This document shows, piece by piece, positions 1 through 12,234 of a stretch of 64,000 nucleotides of DNA. Origin of the DNA: Octopus sinensis (taxonomy: Eukaryota); assembly GCF_006345805.1 (NCBI RefSeq), contig NC_043000.1:100316001-100380000 (forward strand). The letters are read 5' to 3'. Below the pieces are notes generated by a model. That model saw nothing but the letters and a program-made list of their open reading frames with translations, made no database searches and was not told the DNA's origin. The stretch's first letter is position 1. Every line of letters begins with the position of its first letter. Made by a program: the position numbers and the translations under genes.

Positions 1-378
1 GAGCAAAGTGGAAGAGTTTCGTAGGAAATTACACAACATCGACGATATTAGGTTCATTAGCCAATAAAAAAAAAACTTCCATCTCTATTTTGGAGAAAAT
101 TTTTTTAAATTCTTTTACGATTTATTAAATAAGGAAAAAAAATCAATGTAGATAAAATAATTTTTTTAAATTGGAATTCAGTAATTCGCAATGGTAAATA
201 TATCCGAATATTGTCTAACTTTCAGTTACTGCAAAATAAGATCCAGAAGTCGACGACTTCCGGAGATACCCGAACAGGTCACATGAGTTTACGATGAGCA
301 AAGTGGAAGGGTTTCGTAGGAAATGACACATCGACGATATTAGTTCATTAGCCAATAAAAAATTTCCATCTTTTATTT
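1..378. repeat. ~85-bp direct repeat pair (1-90 and 296-378)
   Basis: Both copies read gagcaaagtggaag(a/g)gtttcgtaggaaat...acatcgacgatatta(g)gttcattagccaataaaaaa...ttccatct. Confidence 0.8.
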
Positions 379-599
379 AGACACAAAAGATTGCTCACTT
401 GTTTGGAACTTCGGTGATCAATTTATGTAAGGTTGCTTGTTTTGTTTCAATAAAATTTTAAAAAAATACACATATAGGTCAAAGGTGTAAGAAAAAAACA
501 ATCATTATAAACGCGAAGAAAATGTTATAAAAATAATCTGACAGAGATACGAAGAGACAGATTTGAGCCAATTAGTAAATTCGAGAGAGTGGAGAAACG

Positions 600-870
600 A
601 AACATTACTTACTTCCTGTTGCCAATGGCTTGTTTATAAGATGACGTCGAGAACGTTGTTGATGCAGACGATCGAACAGACGGCATATAATGTTTTCTTA
701 CTTTGACTCCATCACCGAATATATATATATATTTATATATATATGTTTAATTTGTTTATCTTAGAAGTAAGTTACCGTACATATGTGTCAGGCGAGAAAA
801 TGTCTGACCGGAAGAGGAATTAAAGCGCATGTGTAAAATGAAAACGAGGCTGGTCATTGATTCGTTGAGT
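600..870. repeat. Dispersed repeat homologous to 19035-19310
   Basis: Shared colinear blocks acttacttcctg, gttgttgatgc(a/t)gacgat and ggaag.(g/a)gaattaaagcgcatgtg.aaaat.aaaa.gaggctg. Confidence 0.65.
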
Positions 871-1687
871 GACAAGGAAAATATTATAATGAGTAATTGT
901 ATATTTCCTGTGAAGAAATGACAGCAAACGTGTAGAAAACGGTATTTATTTTAAACGACCAATAGAAAAAATACTTCTTAGAAAAAAGCTTAAGCCGACC
1001 TATCTTTCTCTCTGTCAACAATGTTTATCCGATCGATCGGATTACATGTCATATCGCCACCAAAAGAAGGTCAACTTGAAAATAGCCACATTGCATATGA
1101 CACCAACGAATAAATCACAACAACGAGTGCAATGTTTCACCCACAATGTAATGCCATTTAAACACCCCTCCGAACAGTCGTTGATTGAGTTTAAGGCTCA
1201 CGTGACTTCACTGATTTATTTTCCCCCACACCCCACATTTTTTACGTATTCTTGCATACGTCTACATGTAAGTGGTATTGAAACAGAGTGTTATTCAAGA
1301 CATTAAGAAGAATACTGAAGATTTTGTCTTATCTTGTTCCTATCAAAAGACTCTAAGCAATAAGTCAGGAAGTCACAGACACCTGACAACCCCTGGCAAA
1401 AGTTAAAATGTGGCTCACTATTATGATCATCTTGAGTTCTACATCCACTTTCCTTGCTGGCGTAAATTGGCTGCGTAATTTCTGCTCTACTACATTGGTC
1501 AGAAGACCCATTATTTTTGGCATGGTTTTTTTACAGCTAGATGCCCTTCCTAACACCAACCACTTTACAGTGTTGTTAACAGAAAGGCATGTGGATGTAG
1601 AAAATCTGCCTCAATGAGTTTCATGTGCCCCAAGCAAGCTTGGAGAAGTGGCTGATAAAATGACGATGATGATAATAACATGTGTAT

Positions 1688-2507
1688 ATGGACTGTGACT
1701 GCATAAGCTTGAAAGAAAGGAAGCTAGTATGCTTTGCTGGATGTGCAATGCCAGTGTGCATCAACGACAGAGTGTAAGCATCTTGAGAGAAAAGCTGGGC
1801 AAAAGAGGCATCAGATGTGCTGTGCAAGACTGCATTGGTATGGTCATGTGATGCATATGGGTGTGGACAGTTGTGTGAAGAAGTGCCGATCTCTACAAAT
1901 GGAAGGAAGCTGTGGGAGACGGAGACCCAGGAAAACATGGCATGATCTTCAAATGCCAGGCCTCATGGAAGCAATGACTAGTGACCGAGACCTTTGGCAA
2001 TATGCCATGCTTGAGAAGACCTGTTAAGTCAAGTGATATCATAGCTGTAGTCGTTGTCAGTGTCACACAACTGACACTCATGCTGGAGGCACGTAAAAAG
2101 TACGTCCAGAGCATTGGGCCTCACAGAGGTAATGTGGCCAAATGCTGGTGTCGCAAAACCAGCACCCATGCCAGTGGCACATAGAAAGCACCTTTCAAAT
2201 GCTGGGCTTCAAGGAGGCAATGACAAATGACCAAGACCTTGGCAATATGTACTTGAGAAGAAGACCCATCAAGCCAAGTGAAATCATAGTTGTGGCAGAT
2301 ACTGGTGTCATGCAAACTGGCAACTGTGCTGGTGGCATGTAAAAGTACCCATTACACTCTTGGAGTGGTTGGTGTTAGGAAGGGCATCCAGCCATTGAAA
2401 CCATGCCAAATCAGAGTAGAGCCTGATGCAGCCACTCAGCTTACCAGCTCAGGTCAAACTGTCCAACCAGTGCCAGCATGGACAACAGACACTAAATGAT
2501 GATGATA
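1688..2507 (+). mobile_element. RTE-clade LINE 3' fragment, decayed, with a duplicated ORF end and (GAT)n tail
   Basis: Translates to LHWYGHVMHMGVDSCVKKCRSLQMEGSCGRRRPRKTW...MTSDRDLWQYAMLEKT, matching the C-terminus of the 13953-16067 ORF. A second ORF-end copy lies at ~2200-2280. The 3'UTR contains gttaggaagggcatccag. Confidence 0.9.
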
Positions 2508-2944
2508 TAACAAATGCAGGAGTTATATGTGAACTACTTCAAGTTTCATGTTTGGATAGTGCAGTAATCAAATGGGCATGATCTGGCAATCACTAAGACT
2601 GAAGTGACATCACTACTTTGTGAGGGACTATGAGAAAAAAGGAAAGCAAAAAAAAAAAAATAGAGAGGCCAAATTATATGAAAAATGAGAAGAAAATGTT
2701 GTAGGAAAGGAAGATAGAAATTATGTCCCTTTAATCCATTAGATGAAGAATGTAAATGCCGACTATTTACACCTAAACAAACTATCCTTAGTGGGAGTAG
2801 TAAAATGAAAAGCTTAAAGTGTATTAGACTTGTGCTGAATCTGTCTTGATAAGAGAAACTTGTTGAGATGCATACATCTTGCAAAAATTTCCTTCTTTGA
2901 TTTTAGAAGGTCAGTGAAATCCTTTGATCTAATATAGATATATG

Positions 2945-3215
2945 TTCTTTCGGCTATACAAAACCTTCACTTTTTGACCCATTACTTTATGGCCTAGATC
3001 TCTCTGTAATATTCCACTTGATAGTGTGTGGAATATTGTTGTCCATCAGGTCTCAGATGACTTGCCAGCAGTTTTATTATGTGCTTAAAAGAAAACTGAT
3101 GGTTGGTGTATCTTTGTTTGAAATCACTTTTGCTCAGTTCAATACATTTTTCTTTTGTTTCCCTTATTTGGTGGAACAAAAGTGACCTCAGTTTCATAGA
3201 TAACTGAGCTAGGTT
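2945..3215 (-). mobile_element. Penelope-like element GIY-YIG endonuclease remnant
   Basis: Across frameshifts: SSVIYETEVT..KMY / IELSKSDFKQRYTNHQFSFKH / TIKWNITERSRP*SNGSK. This matches the recalled PLE pattern VIY.A.V..YIG..E..FK.RY.NH..SF..IKW.I..RA.PY.NG.K. Confidence 0.8.
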
Positions 3216-4894
3216 GATTTGTTTGAATAAAATTTCTCAAGGCAGTCCCTCAATATGACCACCGTCTAATGACCGAAGCATAAAAGAATATTAACAATAC
3301 TCTTCATTAAATGCATTAGAGGAGCATAATCTTTATCCACCTTTCCCTTTAAATTTTCCTCTCAAGTATGAAACTTGAAGTAGTTCATACATAATTTGTA
3401 TATTCATTAAATAAATTGCTGGATTCAGTGCTTTTTTGCCGATCTTACCAACAAGCAAACAGTACACCATATATATAGGTCATTGTTGACTTAAACCACA
3501 ATTGGTTCGACTGACTGGTTGTAAGTCAATCTGGTTGTAAGTTGGCCTATAAGCCTACATAGATTTGTTTTATATTTTTACATTCGTAAGGTACGTTCTC
3601 ACAGCATTATGTATTATACTTTTATACTGGCATTAGTCAAAAATTTTGGAGTCTCAAGCAGTCATCTTATAAACAAATACAAGGTTGCCTCGACATCTCC
3701 ACGACAGGATAGTCATCCAACACAGTGGCAATCAATAACCAAATGTAGGGGAAGCATTTATTAGCTGACATCATCTATAGTCAGGTTAATCTCTAAGAAA
3801 TTAAGCCCATTAGATTTCAAATGGACTATTTATTATTGCTGCCAGGAGCTGGCATGTCAATCATCATAAAATCGATCAGTTGTAAGTTGATGACAACCTG
3901 TATATGTATATGATAAGTTTCTTTCTGATTCCTTTGACCGAGTTCCCTCACAAGACTTTGATCCCCCAGAAGTTATAGAACTTACCAAAAGGTGCTACAT
4001 AGTGGGAGTGAACTCAAAGCCATATGATGAAGAAGCAAACTTCTTAACTTACACTGCCATACCTGAGTGTTATAATCTCTAAGTCTTACAAATCACTTAA
4101 AATTTATTGTTTTATTTCTTGACCCTTTCTTATGCCTTCATTATGACACCTCATCATATGCTGTGAATATCTAGGCTAATCTGTCATAGTCATTGCAATC
4201 ACCATTAATTAGGGTTTTATAATGATTTTCCTTTTGTAAACAAATTTTGAGGGTCATTGCATATTCAAATCTCCAAGCTTGTGAAATCTTTTGCAAAACT
4301 GAAAGCTTATGGAAAAAAGTGAAATTGTCATATTTTTGTTAAATGATGTTGTACTAGCTAAAATAATATACATATTCATTTCTTTTCCCTGTAATTCTCT
4401 GAAAAGCCAAAGATTGCACGACTGTCATCTGTTTGAAACCATCCCATGCTGAGGAATATTGCAGTTATCCTTAATGGAAAGCAATCCCAATTTGGAAACA
4501 GGAACTATGTTCTTAAGATACTACTGTTTCACCTTGTCACATTTCATCAACTATGTTGCACATGCTATCCTAATTTTGCTTATTGAGATCCCATCCAATC
4601 CAGTTTTCTTTCCTGGTCCAAGAGAACTGACGTTTTTCAGCTCATCCACAGTGAATTAATCAATGCTTAATCCTAATAAATATTAACCTTAATCATTAAT
4701 TTAACCACAAATCTTGATGGAAAACTTTTGTTATACCCCTGCTTGAAATTTGGTGGCAACACACCCAAAACTACAACCACTGAGTGATAGATGTATCTAT
4801 CCATGTCACTCAAGATTGGAAGGTATCTTGGTAAATCCTTATAGTACATGAATCATGCTGACACCTGGTTTCAAAGATCTTCCCTCTAAGTATT

Positions 4895-5170
4895 TCCAGG
4901 CATAGCTATGAGGTTATAAAGTTTGCTCCCAGTGATGTGGCTTTGGATTTAGTTCTGCCATGTGGCACATTGGGCAAGTTCTACATCAGGCAGATCAAAT
5001 CTGTGTGAGTGAATTTGTCTGGAAGCTGAAACAAGCCTATCATACATATGGGTGTGTTTGTGTTCCACATCTCGTTTTTGCATGATAGTTATAAACCAGT
5101 GTCACCATCATAGAGGTGATGCCAGCTTTTATTGTTTTCACATGAAAAAATATCTCCAGCTATGCAGAAA
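4895..5170 (+). mobile_element. SINE family B, highly decayed
   Basis: gtggcacattgggcaagttctac...gtgagtgaattt...gaagctgaaacaagcc aligns to the better-preserved copy at 48455-48926. Confidence 0.6.
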
Positions 5171-5439
5171 TATTATCATGTTTGGAAACAGGTGAGGACT
5201 GGTGACAGAAATGACATCTTATTGTAGAAAATATACCTCAACAAATTCTGTCTGACCCAAGGAAGAAAGTAAAAGTGGATGCTAAAATAATGATAATGAT
5301 GATAATGACGATATACAATATGACGTTATTTGCTGTCTTCACATTTATCTACTTGAAGAAAGCGTTTAATTCAATTCAATGAATGGTGATATAAAAGCAC
5401 AACTAGTTGTGTCCTGGATTGTAGGTAACATATACATAT

Positions 5440-6329
5440 GCTCTGTGTGTGTAGCTGCTAGAATAAGAATAGCCTAGGCAAAGTTCAGAGAGTTCCTACC
5501 TCTGCTGGTGACAAAGGGCCTCTTGCTCAGAGTAAAAGGTAGACCATATGACGCATGTGTGCAAACAGCCATGGGCTGTGACTGCTGAGGACATGCGTAA
5601 GCTTGCAAGGAATGAAGCTAATATGCTCCGCTGGATGTGTAATGTCAGTGTGCATACACGACAGAGTGTAAGCGCCTTCAGAGAAAAGTTGGACATAAGA
5701 AGCATCAGATGTGGTGTGCAAGAGAGATGACTGCACTGGTATGATCATGTGTTGCATATGGATGAGGACAGCTGTGTGAAAAAGTGTCACACTTTAGCAG
5801 TAGAGGGAACCTGTGGAAGAGGTAGACCCAGAAAGACCTGGGATGAAGTGGTGAAGCACAACCGTCGAATGTTGGACCTCATAGAGGCAATGCCAAGTGA
5901 CTGAGACCTTTGGAGACATGCTGTGCTTGAGAAGACCCGGCAAGCCAAGTGAGACCGTAACCATGGCCAGGCCAGTGCAGCATAACCAGCCTATTAAAGA
6001 ATACCCTTCCATCATTTGCCAATAAACTGTGCTTGCAAAGACCTGTTTAGCCAAGTGAAGTCATTGTCATTGCCAATGACAGTACTGCCTGATTGGCACC
6101 TGTACTGGTGGCATGTAAAAAGCACCATTCAAGCGTGGTCAATGCCAGTACCGGCTGACTGGCCCTCGTGCCAGTGGCATGTAAAAAGTACCCACTACAC
6201 TCTCAGAGTGGTTGGCCTTAGGAAGGGCATCCAGATGTAGAAACTTTGCCAGATCAGATTAGAGCCTGGTGCAGCCTTCAGTCAAACCATCCAACCCATG
6301 CCAGCATGGAAAGTGGACGTTGAACAAAA

Positions 6330-6365
<36 letters not shown>
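5440..6365 (+). mobile_element. RTE-clade LINE 3' fragment with (GAT)n tail
   Basis: ARIRIA*AKFREFLPLLVTKG..RVKGRPYDACV..WAVTAEDMRKLARNEANMLRWMCNVSV is near-identical to the long RTE ORF. The 3'UTR and (GAT)n tail run to ~6365. Confidence 0.93.
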
Positions 6366-6367
<2 letters not shown>

Positions 6368-7120
6368 ATCTTCATTATATAAAGGCCCTTCAAATTCCAT
6401 CCCATTTTCACAGAGATATTGTAAAAAGTATAACTAATTTAATTTTGGATTCATTATAATGCCCTTTTTGTGGTAAATGCCTTGCTCACAAGATTTGGCA
6501 GAAAAGGTGGAATACACTACCAGAAAGACTGAAACTGAGAACAAATGAAAAGATCCACCAATTTAAATATCAGCAGAATAACTGACACTAACAAAACCAG
6601 CATTTATTAATTTTTTGTGATTATTTCACTGGAATACAATCTGAAAACAATTATAAAAGCAAAAGCAAAACAAACAATAGAATAATTTGACTATCTACAA
6701 ATGCTGAATGGTGGACATCAGGAATTCACTGTCACCACCACTACCACTATGATCTGAGAAAAATGTTAAATTATACATTATACTGGGTTAAATAGAAATT
6801 TAATATTCATTTGATTAAGTACTATGGTTAACAATTTTTTTTTATTATAAACATTCAATTAGGCACATTAGACACTCTGTGAACAGGAATCCATGTTAGA
6901 ACAAATGTCCACAGGCCCACCTATAGGACTTGAACTAATTATCTCTCATAATCCAGTCTAGGAAACCATGCTAGCTATTACACCATAGTGACCAGGTATA
7001 ATTGTTTCATCTAATTTAGTATCCATAAAGTATCAGTATGCCAACTACATTGTTAATATCTGTCTCGTTTAACAAAATTTCATTGTCTGAAATTCTCAAT
7101 GTTATTATGATTTTGAAAGA

Positions 7121-8001
7121 TACAAGGTAGTATCAAAAAGTTCTCAGACTAGTTATGTTTAATAAAAAATAACTGATTTACCAAATTTTTACATTATCCT
7201 CTTTGAAATAATTACCTTGTGCAGCAATACACCAGTCCCAGCATTCCTGCCATTTTTGGAATCTGGCCTGGAAGTTGTTTTCTGTAAGTGAGTTGAGGCC
7301 CTTCTGCAATTCACACTTGATCTCCACAACAGTGTTAAAATGGGAAGATGATAGAAACCACAGGTGCTAAATCTGGTGAACAGGGTGGGTGCGGAAGTGA
7401 TACCATGTTGATTTTAGCAAGAAACTCATGAGTGAGGAGAGCTCAGTAACAGGATGATTTGTCTTTGTGAAGAATCCAATTCTTCTCAGATGCTAGGATT
7501 ACCTGCATGGACCTATATGACAGACCAACAACATCAGTAATGTTGTTGATTGTCCTCTGATGATCCTCACGCACAAGCTGATGAATTTTCTCCACATTAC
7601 CGGAGGTGATACTTGTGGAAGTTCTTCTACATTGCTCATCATCTTTCAGGGAGGTTCTTCTGCTTTTGAAGTGTCCGTGCCACTCAAAACATGGTGTACA
7701 ACATATTGTCTCATCACTGTAGGCTTACTGAAGCATGCTCAATGCCTCTGTAACAAGCCTCCCGCATTTAGTGCAAAATTTCACGTTAGCTAGTTGGTCA
7801 AATTTCCTGTCCATGACAAAAATCGCAGACAAAAATACAGTATACATGCGATCATAAAAACACAAATTTCACAATTTGTGAAGTAAACAGCAATTTCACT
7901 CAGCACACTGTCTCATGAAGGTCACTGCACATGCAACCATGTGCTGCCAACTGTTGGCATGCTACAGAATTAGTTCAGGAAATTTTTGATACCACCTTGA
8001 A
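7121..8001 (-). mobile_element. Internally deleted mariner transposon with both TIRs
   Basis: TIRs: TA-caaggtagtatcaaaaagttc at 7121 and gaaatttttgataccaccttg ending 7999. Minus-strand peptides: DQLANVKFCTKCGR..CFEWHGHFKSRRTSLKDDE..NVEKIHQLVRED, LPHPPCSPDLAP (YSPDLAP motif) and FQKWQECWDWCIAAQGNYF. Confidence 0.92.
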
Positions 8002-8029
8002 CTATGGGATATTAATATTAGTAGAATAC

Positions 8030-8225
8030 AGGGCAATGAATTGGCAGAATCATTAGCATGCTGGGCAAAATGCTTTGTGGCATTTCATCTGTCCTCACAT
8101 TCTAAGTTCAAATTCTGCTAAGGTTAGCTTTGCCTTTCATCTTTTCACTGGGGTCAATGTAATCAACTTACTCCTTCCTCAAAAAACTGATGACCTTGTG
8201 CTAAAATTTGAAACCAATATTAGTA
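8030..8225 (+). mobile_element. SINE family A, decayed
   Basis: ttggcagaatcattagcatgctgggcaaaatgc...gttcaaattctgctaaggttagctttgcctttcatc matches the family A head and core. Confidence 0.8.
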
Positions 8226-8874
8226 GAAATTGATAAAGGAAAATAGTTGAAGTTTTTGATTATAAACATTGAATTAAATTAAATTAGACACTTTAGAGAC
8301 ACAAATCCATGATCAAAAAATCTGCATGTAACTGCCCATGGAATGGAAACAATATATCTTGCAATCCAGACAACTATACTATCCTTTGGAACAAAGCAAG
8401 CATGCACACCCTCTCCAAACAACTTAGTGCCCTAAAACCATACATTTCTGAGAAACATACTTATCTTATCTCCCACCCGAGAGACATTCATGTTCTGTTG
8501 TCTAAATTCATAAGATTTAAACATTAGAGTGATTATACTTCCTGCCCCAAACTCCTAAATCAACCAACCCTATAAGGAAGGGAAAAGCTGCTTACTCCCA
8601 AACTCCTCCAGCAGGAGTTTGCTTAACTCCCTGAATGCCATTGTGTAGAATGTGTTTGCAAAACCCTCTAGATGCATAGTCAAGAATAAGTGTTTTCCTA
8701 GTGCCCTAATTGTCAAGAAAGAGTGTTTGCATAACTCCCTAAACATCACTAAATAGAAAGTCGCTGTAAATCCCACCATCTTAATTTATAATTTATGAAG
8801 CTACTAAAGATACCAAAATGAAGCAAGTGAAAGAATTTTGATTAAAATGGTATTTCAAATGTTACCAATAACTA

Positions 8875-9092
8875 TTTCAAATTTTTGGCACAAGCTCAGC
8901 AGATTTAGTGGGATGGGAACGATCGATTACATCAACCCCAGAACTTGACTGGTACTTTATTTTATTGAATACACAAAGATGAAAAGCAGAGTTGACTTTG
9001 GCAACATTTGAACTCAGACTATAAAGAGCTGGAAGAAATGTTGTTAAGCATTTAGTCCAGTCCAGTGTGCTAATGATTCTGCCAACAGGAAA
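8875..9092 (-). mobile_element. SINE family A, decayed
   Basis: Reverse complement of the family A core: ggtactttattttattga...gatgaaaagcagagttgact...tttgaactcaga...tgctaatgattctgccaa. Confidence 0.8.
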
Positions 9093-9167
9093 AGCCATTT
9101 TGGTATTCCAGAAATGAAAAACCAGAATTGGACATTTTTCAAAAACATTATTTGATGATCCAAATAA

Positions 9168-10690
9168 GATCATCATCATCATTTAGCATCTGCTTTCCAG
9201 GCTGGCATGGGTTAGACAGTTTGACTGGAACTGGTAAGCTGGAGAGCTGTACCAAGTTCCCATCTGATTTTTAGCTTGGTTTCTATGGCTGGATGCACTT
9301 TCTAATGCCGACCACTCCAAAAGTGTAGTGGATGCCTTTAACGTGTCACCAACATGGGTGCTTTTACAAGTCACTGACTCCGGCCACAACTATGATTTCA
9401 CTTGATGAGTCTTCTCAAGTACAGCATATCACCAAAGGTTTAAATCACTTGTCATCCCCTCCGTGAAACCCAACTTTTGCAGATAGTGCTTCACCATTTT
9501 GTCCCATGTCTCCTTGGGTCTACCTCTTCCACAGGTTCCCCCCACAGTTAGAGATTGGCACTTCTTTACACAGCTGTCTTCGTTCATATGCTATACATGA
9601 CCATACCAGCACAGTTGCCTCTCTTGTACACCACATCTGATGCCTCTTATGCCCAATTTTTCTTTTAAGACACTTACACTGTCGCACATTCACACTGATA
9701 TTGCACATCCTGTGAAGCATACTAGTTTCATTTCTTTCAAGCCTTCGGATGTCCTCTGTGATCACAGCCCATGTTTCACTGCTGTGTAACATGGCTGTTC
9801 ACACATAGGCATCATACAATCTGCCTTTCACTCTGAGGAAGAGGCCCTCTGTTACCAACAAAGGAAAAAGCTCTCTGAACTTTGCCCAGCTTATTCTTAT
9901 TCTAGCAGCTATGTTCTTGGAGCATCCACCTCTGCTACTGACTTGGTCACCTGGATAACAGAAGCCATCAACTAATTCTAGGTGTCAATTTTCTGTACAT
10001 TTCTACTGTTAATTGTACCTGTGTGCCTGCCACACACAAAAACTAATTTCTCTGTTAACCTTCCTTTGATATTGTTGTACCTCTAATGTATCCATAACTT
10101 GCACCGAATACATCTTATGGAGTTTCTACCTTCGCCTTTTCTACATATCGAGATTTGAGATTTGTCCACTTTCCTACTTACTAAGACTTTTGTTTTTGCT
10201 AAATTAACCCTAAGGCTCTTTGATTCTAGACCTCGCTTCCATATCTGAAATTTCTTCTCTAGTTCTGGTAATGATTCAGCTATAAGAACAGGGCCATCAG
10301 CATACAGGAGCTCCCAGAGGCAGCTTGACTTAAATTCCTCTGTTATTGCCTAGAGGGCATGATGAACAAGAGGAAGCTGAGAATTGACCCTTGGTGATCT
10401 ACTTGTACCCTGAATACATTGCCATACTCGTTGCCAACCCTCACGTTACTAACAACATCTATGTACTTGGCTTGCACAGCTCTGACCAGCCACTCATCTA
10501 TCCCTAGTTTCTGCATTGATCACCAAATAAAGGAGCAGAGAAACCTCTTGAAGGCTTTCTCCAGTACAGAAGTTTTTTTTGGCTAGGTACTTCTCCTGCT
10601 GTTGTCTTACCAGGAATATAGCATCAGTGGTGCTTCTCCCTGACACAAAACCAAACCACATCTTACCTAGATTAACTCTCTTCAAAAACA
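9168..10690 (-). mobile_element. Older RTE-clade LINE copy (RT through tail), with stops and deletions
   Basis: FGFVSGRSTTDAIFLVRQQQEKYLAK, QGSILS-like block, decayed PHD (SICRKGEGRNSIRCIRCKLWIH), LHSSETWAVITEDIRRLERNE, and (CAT)n at 9168-9182. Confidence 0.92.
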
Positions 10691-11205
10691 ATATTCAACA
10701 GTCCCTTTCAGTTTTCAAGTATGTATATGTACAGTTCATATTCAAATTTCAACACAGAGGTAAATTTAGCCCCAGTTGAACCTGAGAAAACATATGTTTA
10801 ACAGCATTCCTGTTGCAACCATTCTGGGTTGTTTCTATTTTTTAAAGCCAAAATGTATCTTAAACTACATTATCCTTTGTTTCTTTACTTATAAAAGAGT
10901 TAATATAACTTATAGACTAGGAATTGTAATCCCAGATGTTTAAAATAAAAATCTAAAGCCATTCTCATGAAACAGACAAATAAAGAAGTAGATGAAATTC
11001 TTATTTCAAAATGCTAGCAATTATTCTATGCCTCTCTTCTTATAACATAGCTAAAGTACCCATATAACTCAGAGGTGAGGTAAAATGCATTCACAGCATG
11101 GATGTAAATGAAAGAAATGTAGTGGTTCAGTGAATACCTTGCAAAAATGGGATATAAGAAATTGAGAAATCAAGAAAAACTAATTAACTTAATTAGTTTT
11201 TTCAG

Positions 11206-11439
11206 TCATCTATGAAAGACTTCAAGTTTGCTGTAGAAGACTCTAGTGACAACATTGTGTTTGAAGAGAACCAAGAAGCAAGTGGAGAGAATCCATTAAT
11301 TAAAGGGGGAACTCTCCTAAAACTTGTCGAACGACTCATGTACCATATGGATGCTGATCCCAAATTTGTACCAACATTCCTTACAACCTATAGATTCTTC
11401 TGTACACCACAAATGCTGTTGGATCATTTAATTGAATGA
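11206..11439 (+). pseudogene. SOS: Isolated pseudogenised exon of a Son of sevenless (Ras-GEF) gene, REM domain
   Basis: [72 protein letters not shown] matches recalled SOS1 [66 protein letters not shown]. Acceptor ttttttcag ends at 11205. TGA stands at the conserved Arg, followed by ATAAG rather than GTAAG. Confidence 0.88.
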
Positions 11440-12234
11440 TAAGATTAAAATAATTCCCTTTCAAAAATTAAGTTTGATAAGTTATAAACCAAAAATGTAT
11501 TATATACTAAAGTTAAGTTTATCCTAAAACAATTCACCACTTACATTAATTTTAGTAAAAATAAGCATCACAGATGTACATACACACTCCTTTATAATGT
11601 TATTTTTTATGAAATACACAACCTGTTTATTTCAGTTGAATTTAAAATTAATCAAGAATTTAGAGTAAAATAACTAAGTTTAATATTATTATTATTATAT
11701 GTTTGATGTTTTCTTGGTAATTCTACAAGCTGACTCCAAGTCTCACCCAGAGACCTCAAGAGACAACAAGTTAGAAGTTCAAGCTGGTGTTATGCCTAGG
11801 GTGTCATAAGTTTGGTTTTGCACATAGTATTACTCTAGAGAATGTTTAAGAAAATTATAAGTTTATTTTAAAATTTGAGATTACGTAGACAGAATTTTAT
11901 GTAGGATATGGGCAGTTCCTATGAATATTATCTTTTGAATTTCTGCCATTTTGGGGTTTCCTGGTATCTGATGAGCTAGATAGGAATCAGCCCTTTTGCT
12001 GTCATTCCTAGGGCACCTATGACAAACAGGTATTGTTTTAGTATTGAGGTGTTACATTTTGCCAGTTTGTACTTCAAGCTCTTTATACTTGCTCAGTTTT
12101 TAGTAGGTCTTGACAGATACATTTATGTCGATTGGGACAGTCATATCAATGACGGGGCAATATATTTTTCTGGCCTATTCGCATCTTTCTTTTTGTCAGT
12201 TGTTTGTTTGTTTGTTGTTGTGATTGTTGTAAAG

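Noticed and set aside
8309-8527. 72-aa ORF with Cys and His residues
   Set aside because: No recognisable family motif and no splice context; it may be a LINE scrap but this is unsupported.
10690-10790. Possible minus-strand exon after ttttctcag (STGAKFTSVLK)
   Set aside because: No donor before the stop and no recognisable homology.
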